The notes: generated by a model from the sequence alone, not told the origin. Counted from the stretch's first letter, positions 13,513-26,157 are shown. The stretch is DNA of 64,000 nucleotides from Oikopleura dioica (GCA_907165135.1 OU015566.1:8804001-8868000), one strand, 5' to 3'. Numbers and translations: made by a program.

Positions 13513-13941
13513 GCATTACTGCTGAAGACTAAACTGTAAAAATGAACAGTTTCTGTGCTTTCAACTGATCCAAAATTTCCAAAAAGTTAGTTTAAATTTT
13601 CAATTTTAATGTCCTCAATCTCTGTCCTGCCACTTCTCTATTCTAATTTTACTTTTTACTTGTTTTCTGAACTTTTAAGCCAATTTCATAATTAGATATC
13701 ATATTCTACTGTGAAAAAAGTTCGAACTTAGAAAGTATTGGTTCGAACTTGAAGGTGTTTTCTATTGCAGGTCGATATCTTTTTTCTAGCAGGTCAATCT
13801 TCACGCACCAAATCTTAACCGCCTTATCAGTAGCCTTGATCTCTTACTATTTCTGTGGCGCATTCTAGCAGCATACAATTTATAAAGCACCGTTGAGAGA
13901 CTTTAGAAAGACATATTCTAAAGAACAGTCTGAGAATCGAA

Positions 13942-14786
13942 ATGAGGATTTTAGGTTTTTTCTTCGCATTTGCAGCTGCAATTGATGAAATGCTGCTTAT
14001 GATGATGCTGCAGCACCAGCAAGGAGTGATGAACCCTTCCCAGGCTAGCCAAATCAATCACATTCTCCCACTTCTTCTCATGGAAGAAACAAGTGCGAGC
14101 TCGGAGAACTCAGAGCTGATGCTCATGTTGATGATCCAGGGAATGGGAAGTGATGTGAACAATGCTCTTCCTTTCTTGCTTCTTGGCGACTCGGGTGATG
14201 ATGGCTACGATTTTACAACGTTCTTCTTGTTTTCGTCGATGGCACAACGAGACTGCTCCGTTTCTACTTCAAATCAATTTAATTCGCTTCTGCCAATGAT
14301 GCTTATGGATAGAGACCAGGATACCAGTGACTTGATGCTCATGATGATGATGCAGGTTAAATAAGTCAATTTTCAATATTTTTTCATTTCTTAATTTAGA
14401 CAATGGGAGGAGAAGGGTCGGTTCCTATTCAGCAACTTATGCCATACATAATCATGTTTGGCGATAATGAGGACTCTGAAGACCCAAACACTCTTCTGCT
14501 CATGGTTTTGATGAGTTCGATGACGGGTGGAATGTCCAACCCGCAAGGATTCAACAACAACTTCAATATTCTCCTTCCCCTCCTTCTCTTACAAGATGAC
14601 GAGGGCAGCTCTCTAGACAATAACATGCTCGTACTCTTGCTCAGTTTGCAAAGCCAGGCTCCCGGAACTGCAATGGGACCCGATAAAATGCTCCCTCTCT
14701 TGCTGATGGAAGATGGCGATGACAACCAAAATGTTATTCTGCTCATGATGATGCTCGGCAACAAACAACCCTGTGAGCCTTATTGA
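13942..14786 (+). CDS. Secreted Met/Leu-rich repeat protein (2 exons, intron 14356-14399)
   Basis: Signal peptide MRILGFFFAFAAA. Two ORFs are joined in frame by a 44-nt GT-AG intron. Repeated LLPxLLM and LMLMMM blocks are separated by D/G/S-rich linkers. Confidence 0.8.
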
Positions 14787-14984
14787 TTCGCGTCATACCT
14801 GCCTTCGTAATAATATTTCTTTACTTTTCTTCCTTCAATAAAATTCAAACAAGATTTTTTGTGACCTTTATTTCTATGAAAATATAGCTTGGATTTTATG
14901 TACAAGGAGACTTTAACCAATCGTGGAAAGACGTGAGTTTTTTCTTATAAAAATAGATTCTTTTTAAGACACTCGGTGAGATTG

Positions 14985-15830
14985 TTATTCTAGCTTCGGT
15001 TGGGAGACGTAGACTTTTTCTTCTTTCTTTTGCTTGACTCGTCTATTTTGGAACCATATTTTTACCTTAAAAATGTAAGTAAACAAAGAGATGTATAATT
15101 TGTACCTGTTTCTCGGACAATCCAAGAGATTGCGCTATTCTTACACGCCGCAGTCGAGTCAAATATGAATCCGTGAGAAATTCATTCTCTAATTCGAGCA
15201 ATTGCCGACCAGAAAACGCTGTTCGGCTCCGTTTTCGATCATCTGACAGTAGATCCCCGGCTGCCTCCAAAGAAGTTGATGTTGACGGTATTTCATGGCC
15301 GCGCACGGATTCACGGTGATATGGTGTATTTTGGCTTCTTTGGCCGACTTCTGAAAGAAACGTTTGTATCAGAAAAATTAAAAGTTTATTACCTTTGATT
15401 TTTGTCATGTTGTTATATGCGGCGGAGGGAATTTGAATACCAGCAGGTCGATGAGGTCCAAGGAGAGCAGAAGTTTGCTGCTGCTGATGGATCAAAAAGA
15501 GGAAGTTTGAAATCGCCTGCGATTGAATCCGCTGATAAAAATCAGTGGTGGAGGAAGGCTGGTAAAGAGTCGTTGTTGTTGCCGGTTGCGTAAGAGAAAA
15601 TGGCGCGGCAACTGTTGCTGGGCTCCCTTCTGAAGCATCAGATGGCTCTAGCTGTTCCGTTGAGGTGTCAAGTGGCTCAGGATCTAGAATAAATTGTTCA
15701 GGAAATATCTTTCGAACATAAACTTACCAGTCTCGGTCTTGACGGCCGATTCTTTGACCAGATTTTCGATCAAAAAGCGTTTTTCAACATTTTTGAGATG
15801 TTGCTCTTCTATGGAACTGATACTCAAACA
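14985..15830 (-). CDS. GSX: Gsx (ParaHox) homeobox gene; start codon unresolved
   Basis: Homeodomain [44 protein letters not shown]|[14 protein letters not shown]. The [26 protein letters not shown] pattern is Gsx-type. An N-terminal RFLIENLV resembles the FxIxxL repression motif. Confidence 0.82.
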
Positions 15831-16374
15831 CTACTGAAATTTAAATGTCTCTTCCGATAAAATAAGTGGCTCTCAAATTAAACACGAGATGTCGCAATCG
15901 CCAACAAGTCAGAACCTAGCAACAGCGCCCTTTCAATCCATTCAATATCGATTAGCCTGATGTCCTCTCTACAGGTAAATAAGTACACAAATAATGCCTT
16001 CCATCTTATCTTTTTAAAAATTTAATTTTTATTTGTCTTTTCATTCACATTTCTCTTATTATCCTCTTTGAGTCTTCTGTTTTAAAAAGGATATTTTGAG
16101 AATTATAATCTTCAAAACTGGACAATGTTCAACAAATAAAGAATTTTATTCTATATTTATGAAAATAATGATACTTATATTATGGAAATAAGCGCTTATT
16201 TGTTTCCTTGGACGAAATCCAAACATACATATATTTACGTTAATTTTATTAATTCCTCAACGTTTTCATTAAATTCATCATTTTCAAGGATTCCCTCAAA
16301 TCGTCGGTAGCTGCCTAAGAGAAGTTTGTCCTCCATTCTTATCACCGAAGATTGCAGCTGTTTGTCACATTTCC

Positions 16375-17253
16375 TAATCCTCTTAAAGTCTCACCAACTA
16401 GTGGCATATTGTGGCTTACAGTGAAATTACAGTCTAATCTCCCAAGGACTCGTCCACTTTTTGTGCTCGAAAATCGGCTTTGACAGTTTCCCTTGATCGA
16501 TTCACAGTATCGAGCACATTACCTTTAGCACAACGAATATTAATCCACAAGCTTGTCTGGGAAAGTATTGAAATTTGTATTCAACGACCCCTGCAGGTTA
16601 GGGGATATTAAACAGTGAATAAGTGATATACAGCCTCCGAGTGCGCGTGATATTTTTATGGGCCATATAATCAGATGGGAACTTATACTGTAATGGATAT
16701 TAAAATTGATCTCGAATTGGTAATTTTCTTCAACGGCATCTTAAAACTGAAGCTACAGATCTCAGGAAAACACATTAAGACTAATCAAAATTAAATCTAC
16801 TTGCGAATAAATTATCTGAAAAGCTGCCATGCTTTCAGTAGGCCGCACTTTCAGTAATCCTCATTTATCGCTGAATCAATGTAGCTTAATTGAGTGAAAA
16901 TGTGAAATCTTTTGAATCTATTAAAGTATTACCGCTCGAATGTATCTCTCTTAGAGATTAATCCCATGTACGTGCTCTGGCTTAGTGATGATCATGAGCG
17001 GCAGAACAGCTGCGCGCAGTGCCGTTCAACTACTGTCGGATTAGGCACACAGTGCTTGACAGTAAGAAGGCGGTGCTTGAGAAATATTACAACGTCGGGG
17101 AGTGATACTTTCAAAAGTAAACACATATGTTGATTATCGGAGAGTGAACGAGTTTTAACTGATCAAAAACAGTTCTTACATAATAAAATTGTCTTGTTTT
17201 TGAAGGACAAGCGCAAATTCTAGAGTACGTTTGCACTGGCACACGTCTAATCC
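16375..17253. promoter_or_regulatory. Cluster of TAATCC (K50 homeodomain) sites upstream of Gsx; candidate enhancer
   Basis: TAATCC at 16375, 16541, 16855, 16959 and 17248, GGATTA at 17038 and TAATCT at 16435, all in non-coding DNA. Confidence 0.45.
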
Positions 17254-17399
17254 AATTCTCTCATCTCCGCCAGGAATCACGCGCGTGACCATTTGGTCGA
17301 CCGGATCAGTCAGACTTCACCCGATTATCGTAAAGGCCACAGGCCCTGCCTTCTCCCACAGCTTCTATTAAATTTTTTACTTTTAGTTTTTGTAAGAAA

Positions 17400-20300
17400 A
17401 TGCTTTATATTTATTGTTTGCTTCTTTTTGACTATTCAATTGCTGATGGATGCTCGAGAGAAGAAGACTTTGAATGCTTTGCTTCGACGATTTCAGAGCT
17501 TGACGAAATTCAATTGAAAAATGGAAGGCTTACGGGGCAGAGAAAAAGAGAAACTGAGTACTGGAAAGAGAAAGCCTTTGTCGATGGCGGAGAAAAAGTT
17601 ATCATCCCGTTTATGTTCTCCAAATATTTTCCAGAAGATCAAATCGAAAAATATCGAAACTGGATTTCGGTTCTTGGCAATAAAGATTTAGGCTGTCTGA
17701 GATTTCATGAAGTTCCCAGAGAGCAAATGACAATTTACAGGGCCCCGTTTGAAAATGGAATTGTTATTGCATACAACGTCAATTATTACACGGTTCAGTG
17801 TTTTTCGAATATTGGGGTTCAAGCTGGATTTCTTGAGCCAGAGCTTTACGGGGCATATGCGAATTGGCAGCTTCTCAGCATAGAAATGGCTTTCAAACTA
17901 CCTCGATGAGAATTATCGATAGAGCGCATTTTTGAAAGCCAAATATAAGCGAAAACTGTTCCATGGGCTCCAAGAACTCCAAAATCATCCACCACGAGCT
18001 TATGCATGCGCTTGGTTATCAGCACATGAATCCTATAATCGGTCAGAACTCGGTTATGGTTAGACAGCCGAATGTCACTGGAGACATGTATTATTCTACT
18101 GGCGACATTATTCGAATCCAGGAGAGATATTGCAATAAAACTATTCAACGAATAAATGAAGATTACAAACGAGTTCTTCAGGAACTGCTTCTTCAATTTT
18201 CAAAGCTAATTTAGACTCCAATATCGAGTTTTTATTTTCTTAGAAACATTTAAAAGCAGCAAAAAGTGTCAATCCTCATACTTTGACGGGACCCGGCTTA
18301 ACTTTTATGACAGGTTCTGCGACGGAAACATTGATTGTGAAGGAGGAGAAGATGAAATCTCACAAGACCAGGAGCTGATCAAAATCGTTGAGGGCAACAA
18401 GCTTTACGAAGTGAAGTCTGTGCTCGAAAATTGGGCGATTACTTTTGAAGTGAGGCCTACTGGCATAAATAGGCTCTCCGATTCCAGTCTCTTTGTTTTC
18501 AAATCTGATGCCGGGAGAATCTCCCCTCAAATCACAGTTAAACAAGGAACAAATATTTACGAAATATGCCTTGATGCAGACAACTTTTCGCATTGCTCAG
18601 AAGTTGAAATTCCACTCCACGTCTGGACAAGAGTTACGCTTGGTGTGATACCGATGAGTTCTTATCCTTATGATAGGGTTCTCAATTTAATTAATTAAAA
18701 TTTGCATCTATTTATGGTAGATTTTGAGCCCTTCGAAGATCAGAAATTTCAAATATTTCTAAATCAAACGAAAGCTGTGGAAACCAAAATTGTCAACCGA
18801 GCTCACCAAAGATCTTTGTACGGGTTCTTTTCCGCTGATGACGGGCTAAACCCGGCTCTCGCTGAGCTACGTCGATTTCAGCACACTTCTCATGCGGAAC
18901 AAATCGGGCTTAACTACGTATGGACATGTGGTGAATTTGGGAAACGGATCTTGTTCAGTTTTTATTTTGAAATTAATTGTTTTTTAATATTTTACTAAAA
19001 ATAGACACTACCACAAACGCCGAGAAGAATCCGATTTTAGTGTTGATTTTGGCGATGGTGATCAATGCGAAGGAGTTGACTGCGGGGAGCATGCGAAATG
19101 CATCGATCGACTACTCGGATATGAGTGCATTTGTGAAGAAGGTTATTTCCTCGTTGATGGCTACTGCCACTTGGAATACTACACTGATCTTTGTCAATAT
19201 CCTGGAGTTTGTCCGCCCAATTCAAAGTGCCACACGTACGACTTGAAGGACGATTTTGCCTGTATCTGCGATGATGGCTATTTTGAGACTGATTATGGAT
19301 GCGAAAAACCGATCGAAAGGACGTTCAGTAATGGAGTGACGAAAAGATACATCAGCTCTCCAAAGAAGATGTCGTATTTTGCCGCGAAGGTTTACTGTAA
19401 AAACTTTGGAGAAGAAATCGCAAGAATTTCTGGAAATCTTTACAAGCCTTGGAATCTCGCCTGCCCAGAAAACTTGGAAGAGAATATGTGGCTAACAAAC
19501 TATACTCTAGTCGATTTCGACGAGGTGTTTCTTGGGATGAGCGCAAAGCCTACCGGTTGGTATAGATTCGATGGCAAGCCTTCTGAGTTCATGAAGATGA
19601 GGCGGATCTTTCCAACAACAGATTACAAAGTAAAATTGGATAGAGAAGGCGTCTGGCGAACATACACCTCTGCTGAAATCGACGAAAGCTTCGTCATTTG
19701 CGAAGAATCAACCGAGCAGAATGTCATGATTTTTCAATCCAGAGAAATTTTTTATCTTGAGGAGCTTCCAAAAGTCTGGACGATGACTTTCGACATGTAT
19801 CTGGACAGACCAAGAGCGCAAGCATCGGTGGAAAACGGGGCAAATGTGTTTTATGTCACAAATTCGAAGACCTCACAACGAATAGGCATTCCTTCAATTT
19901 TTGTCGAAGATAAAAAGGACTTAAAATTTTGCTACGGAGAAAAGTGTATCTTTACTGAATTGGTTATTGAAAAGCTGTTTTCGGTAGAGATGTTCACGGA
20001 TGCAAATGGATACTTTGGGGTTATGCTTGACGATGAGCTGCTTGAAATAATACCGGTTGATTTGCGCGAAACAAAAAATGTAACCGGATTCGCAAGTGCT
20101 CCCTGGTACCGTCAACAGCACGGATGGATAAATAATATGAAGATCATCCCGAAAAAAAGTCGTTCAATTGCTATTGATGAAGGCAACTCAGAATTACAAT
20201 CTTACATGGACAAGTATTGCGGCAAGTTTTGCCAAAATAGTTTTGCGCGGCGTGTCAATTCAATATGGTCTTGCTACTCGGATATTAATTCAGAAAGCTT

Positions 20301-21834
20301 AGGATTATACTGCGTCGATAAGAGTAAGTTTAGAACGCGTTCTTCTTTAAAATTATCTGTATTCAGATATGAAGCCAACAATTTGCGAGAAACCAAGCGG
20401 AACAAGATGTAATCTGTCGGCAGAGCAAAATTTGTCCAAACTTCTCAAGCTTAGCTATGAGATCATCAAAAGCTTCGGTGTTTGGTCCGACTGCGAAGGC
20501 CAAGAAGGATCGATCGGATACCAAGCTCAAAATACACGAACTGGGTACTATGGAAGATTGTGCAATGTTCCCATGGAAGAAAGTACAAGAAAGTGCCTCG
20601 GAACTTGGGAAGCGATGAACGGGCAGACATGCGATGGATTCAATAGTGCTTTTTGTAACGTAAATGGAATGAATCTTACTACTCTTGGACTCGATGTTCT
20701 TCTTCCACTAGATAACAAAGATGACATGCGAAAACGTATGGGTCCGCTGATTAATGCTCTCAATTCGCGATGGCGATCAAAAGATGGTGCAACTGGTCTT
20801 GTGTGCGAAGAATGCGGCTGCACGGGGTGGACAGAATGGAGCGTCTGGTCTACTTGCTATCCTTCTTGCGGGATAAGTTCCTCCCAAAAGCGATCACGAC
20901 GGTGCTTCGGAGATGAAGCATGTGAGGGAGCTAGCGAAGAAACTCAATACTGCGATGTTCCTTTATGTGATTATTTCAACACATTGTGTAATGAAACTGC
21001 TATGCTTCATAGGAGTTCCATGGAGTACTGGGAGAAATCTGTTATTTACGGAGACACTTATGAGTTTGCATCTGCTCGAACAATTGAGACCTGCTTTGAC
21101 AAGTGCCTCAAACAGCAGAAATGTGTAGCCGCACACTTTGTAACACAAGAAATTGTTTCTTAAAATAATCTTTAGAAATCAGTATTTATATTGAAACAAT
21201 TTTAGCTTCAGGAACACGACAATGTCACTTGAAAGACAAAACAACGAACTGGTACTTTTCCCATCGTCATCCAACTACAATTGTTGGGGTCAAGTGTGGC
21301 CATAAAGTAGAAGCGAAGAAATTCGCGACGAAGTTTTCTGATGGTGTTTATGACGGAGTGCATTCGATAGATGAGTTCAAGCAGGGCAGCTTGAAGAATT
21401 TCACAATTGGTAAGTACGAACTCATTGAACTAGTTTAGGCCAGTTCGATCGCTGAAGCTTAGCTCCGACTAGTTCTTCTTTAGCATAGGATTTAAATTAT
21501 CAAATAATTCAGAACCGAACATTGAATGTGCGGCCGAAATCACTCGGGCATGTCAGGAGCTTTTCAATATCTCTCCAACAGAGTGTGTAGAATACTGCTC
21601 TGGAGATCGGGACCTTCCTCAGAGCTGTATCAAGAATTCAGCCTTGCACAATCAACAAAAATGTAACTTTGCTCAATTCGCTATTCTGAAGGCAAGTTTT
21701 GAAAAAACGATCACTCAAACTGTGTTTCTTCCATGATTTCAAAACTCAAAAAAAAGGATAAGAAAACAAGATGTCGCTGCAGCATCGACTGTACTCGCCA
21801 GCAAAAAGATCTTGCACTTTTGATACTTATGTGA
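17400..21834 (+). CDS. Secreted mosaic metzincin: astacin-like protease + LDLa + LamG-like + 2xEGF + C-type lectin + LamG-like + TSP1 + PAN-like + Cys-rich tail
   Basis: Signal peptide, RKR site and HELMHALGYQH zinc motif. FCDGNIDCEGGEDE (LDLa); CEGVDCGEHAKCID...YECICEEGY and a second EGF; MSYFAAKVYCK (CTL); WTEWSVWSTCYPSCG...RSRRC (TSP1); CFDKCLKQQKCVAAHF (PAN). The ORF break at ~20323-20366 is a GT-AG intron. Some junctions are uncertain and it could be two genes. Confidence 0.72.
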
Positions 21835-22039
21835 TAAAAAATCACAACATTAGACTTTGTAAATAAATATATTAAAAGAATTAATTATTGACCCGGATTA
21901 TAATCAAATAAATTTATATTTCCTGTCTATAAAATCTGATTATGGATGGCCATCAGATTTTTACTTCCTTTTGGAGAAAACTTCAAAGAGAGACCGTTCG
22001 TATACTTTTCAATATATCGAGTCTCTTCACTTTGGTTTC

Positions 22040-25000
22040 ATGGTGAAAGTTCTAGCGCCGCCGGTTCAGGCGGTCGGCGATCAAAATAAGTACAGAGCGA
22101 TTGAACTTGACAATGGAATGCAATGTCTTCTTATATCAGTTGGGGATGAGACCAAGTAAATGTTAAATGTGTAAAATCAATAACACTAAATAGCCGTGAA
22201 GCCGACTACTGCTGCGCGGCGGTAAATGTAGGAATCGGAAGTAATGATGAACCGCACGAAATTCCCGGTCTTGCTCATTTTTGTGAGCATATGCATGCTC
22301 TTGGTAGTGGAAAGTACCCCGGCGAGGCGTATTTCAAAAGTTTTGCAGGAGAGAATGGAGGAAAAACAAATGCTTTTACGGCTTCTGAAGGGAAAGTCTC
22401 AAAAGTTATTCTCGTTTCAGAGATATCGCATTTTATGACGAACAATATTGACTTCTATAAAGCTACTTGCTACCAGCTTGCAATTATGGGCCAACAGAAT
22501 TATGAAAAACTACTGGATATATTCTCAAATCTATTTATTGATGCACAATTCGAAGAATCGGGAACAGAACGTCAACTTGCTGCTGTCGATTCAGAGTACG
22601 ATCTCCGAAAAGAATCTTTTGCTGTAGGAATGTTATTCACATCAAATGTCCCAATGCTGGATATTTTGGTTTTATTTACGATTGATATAACGAGTTGAAT
22701 AATTTGAAAATAGAACTCGTTTTGAAAGAAGCTTTGATGACAGAAGATCACCCCATGCAACATTTTGGCGCTGGAAACCGATATTCTATCTGGGAGTATC
22801 CCCGCGAAGAATTCGGCCTTGATCCACTGGAAGTTTTACATAAGTGGTATCGAAGAAACTACTGCTCTCCTTGGATGAAGCTTGTTCTTCAAGCAAACTT
22901 GTCTATCTCAACGCTTCAAGATTATGCCGAAAGGTACTTTGGTCAGATCCCCACTCGTGGTCAGGCTAAACCTGATCTCCACAAAGAACGACACGGCCCG
23001 CATCATTCAATTTCACTTGAAAAGATCGTCAAAATCATCCCTGTAAGCTTTGTTTTCATAAATTTTATTATCATTTCTCAGCCTGGAAACGGACCAGACG
23101 CGATGCAAATGTACTTTCCTTTACCGAGCTATTTGAACAACATCTCCTGCGATCCCATTCGATTCCTAGAATATGTGCTTACATACGAAGGCCCTGGTTC
23201 GCTCAATAGTTACCTTCAGCAACACAATCTTGGCATGCTTCAAGCTTACCAATGGGTAAGTTAAAACAAAGTCATAAATTTACCTTTCTTCAAGTTCGGC
23301 GCAACCCGATATCAAAGCGACCTGACAATAATGGTCCAAGGAATAAATATTCAGCAGTGGAAGACAATTTACGATATTGTCTGGAGCTATTTCGATATGG
23401 TTCTCAATTTATTTACTTGATTGAAATAATTTGATAAATGATAAAATTGAAATGAGAATCCGCCTGAAGATTTCATCAAATCAACGAGTTCTTCCCAGCG
23501 CGAAAAAGTGTTCGACCAAATGTCGAGTAAGTACGAAGAATAACATACTCATCCATTGAATCGTTAGCGATCGCAAACGAGCGTTGGCAGACCAAACAGC
23601 CTGAGAATCCTTACCACAACGTTGGCGATACTGCTTACCAAATGCATCAGCGTCGATTTTTCGGAACTAAATGTTGGCTTGGATACACGCCGTTTCAATT
23701 CAATAATGATACCATCAACAAGTGTTTGAGAGAAATAAAACCGAGCAACTGCGCTGTTCTTCTCCGAAGTCAGAGTTTCGCTGGAGAAGGCGGTTTCGAG
23801 GAACCGGTCATATATTTTAATGCATAAGTAAGCTTTCAGTTATCATATTGAGTAACTGATGGTGACCAAGATGTCGAGGAAGAATACTGGGTGGGAACCA
23901 AGTATAAGGTCGTCGACAACAATAATCTTTATAAACCTAAGGATAGTTTTTCGATCATCAACAATATCAATTACGATGAACATATTGAAAAATTTGTCAA
24001 GGCTCATCCTTGGCCACGTGAATTCAGTCTGCCAGAAGAAAATAAGTACGTCATCAAAAATCTTCCTCAAAAAGTTGATGAATCGCAATCCTGGCCCTCG
24101 CCCAAACGAATTCTCAAATCGACTACTTCCGAACTTTGGTTCAAGACTGATTCTAAATTCAATATTCCGAGGGCCTATATTTGCGTCAATTTCTTGACCA
24201 ATTTGGCTTCGAAGAGTATCAAAAATCAAGTAATGATGGATATGCTTCTTTTTGCAACTGCGGGTCAGTGTCAGAATAGGTACTCCTCCTTGATTTCAAG
24301 GATCTCGATTGATGAATTCTTAGTCATGATTTCACTCTTGCTGCCGAAGCTGGAATAGATTGCAGAGTTTTGGGAATCTTCGCGGACGCGGCTCAAGACA
24401 ATCGTGTGACGAACAATACTCGTCCTGTTGGAATCATTGTCTCTGGATATGATCCGAAACTTCCTGAAATAATTCTTCGTGCGATGGACATGCTCTTGAA
24501 ATTCAGACTACACAATATGGATGTCCTTGGGCAGCTAATAAATCAATTGCAGGGGGCTTACCAAGGTTACTTCTAACGACAAACATCGCGTTTTAGTTTT
24601 TTAGGGACAATGATAAGCGATCCTCTTCGAGTTTGCTCTGAGCTTGGCACCCGACTTCTCATCAACAATTATTATTCGCTTCCAGAAAGACTCGAATTCA
24701 CTCGAAATATTTTGCGATCTGATTTTGGGTAACATATAAATTCTTCCCATTTTCATTATGAATGATTCAGGCTTCTTCAGCAATTCATTCACGAGTTCCA
24801 TCAGTTCCAAAATCAGCTGATCACCAAGTCTTACTATCAAGTTCATATCGAAGGAAACATGACCCAAAAGAAGCTACGAGTGTTTTCCGACAAATAACGA
24901 AGCTTGCTCAAGCAAAGGGACCTGGTTCTTTCAAAGGTATAAGATCTTCAAGATTGCCCATTCATGGTTCAAAGTGAAATCTGCCACTTCAACTCCGAAA

Positions 25001-25888
25001 ATCCGCCACCATGCGAGCCCAGTCGCGTGTAAAGTAGCGGGTATGGATCCGAACTCTGAAATGACTTTCTGTTCCCTCACATGGGTCCTTGGCAAACTTC
25101 AGTCCTCCAGAAAACTTTCGGCACTTTCTACTTTTGTTGAAAGTATGATGCACCAGCCGGCATTTGATTATTTGAGGACGAAGAAAGCGCTTGGTTACAT
25201 TGCTGGTTCAAGAGAATGGTCGAGAAGTGGCGTCAAGGAACGGATGGAAAAGCCTGAACTTAATCATTTGCGAGGCGTAATATTTATATCCGATTAAGGC
25301 AATCGCTATTGAATGCAACACAAATGTCAATAGAGTCTCTGTCGAAGAAGTAGAAGCTCTCATGACCAAGTGCGCCGTCTTGATGTTGAAGCAGTTCGAA
25401 GCGCTTTCTGATGAGCAGTACAAGGTAGGGCGATTATTATTTGAGCATGCTAGTTAACTAAATTTCAAGACTTCAAAGGCTGCTTATGTGAAACTTCTTG
25501 CAAAACCAGCGGATAGCATGGATCATTACTTTGGAACAAACCAGATTGAAATTTACGATGGTACTCAACGTTTCAGGTACGGAATAAAAAGTCAAATCTA
25601 GGATCAACTGTTTTTAGCCGGAAAGAAGAAGAGTCTGCTGAGCTGATGAAAGTAACAAAGCAAGAGTTTGTCGACTTTTTCAAAGGTGAGTGAAATCTAT
25701 TGGATGATCAAACCAATGTTAAATCCCTCATAGAATACATCATCAACAACAAACGACGAATGTTCGTTGCCGTTGAGGGATGTTCCCAGCACACCCGACC
25801 TGATGGGCTTTTCAAGCACTTACCTCTTGAAAATGCAGACTACACTCAAATATCAGACTTTGCATCGATGTCTTCTTCCTTCTACTAG
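22040..25888 (+). CDS. M16A zinc peptidase (insulysin/nardilysin-like), tandem copy 1
   Basis: KYRAIELDNGMQCLLIS, inverted zinc motif PGLAHFCEHM, AVDSEY third ligand, LWFKTDSKFNIPRA and FDYLRTKKALGYI. Confidence 0.9.
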
Positions 25889-26157
25889 TGAAGACTTTTC
25901 TTTTGTACTTATTACTGTAGATTTTTATACTGTGAAAATACTGTAAATGCTTTTTGAGGTGTAAATATTGACGATGAAAATAAATTTATATGTTTTTGAT
26001 TTCCATGTGGTCATTTCTTCTGAAAAAGATTTCTATTTCCTGTCTCTTTAATAAAATGTCGAATACTCTTCTGTTTCATTTCCTTTCGGAAAGAAAACTT
26101 GTAAGAGAAGCTCATATTGAAAATATTCTTTTACTCTTGAAGATCTCATAACGCTCT

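Noticed and set aside
13718-13750. Palindrome AAGTTCGAACTT with a nearby repeat
   Set aside because: It is short, lacks heat-shock-element spacing and has no supporting context.
4131-14786. Plus-strand run (orphan-PLC-GDI-PABPN1-Met-rich) as one operon
   Set aside because: Gaps are 250-580 nt and only GDI and PABPN1 show clear unpaired acceptors.
20323-20412. Apparent frameshift between the 413-aa and 264-aa ORFs
   Set aside because: It is explained by a short GT-AG intron (a|gtaagt...ttcag|at).
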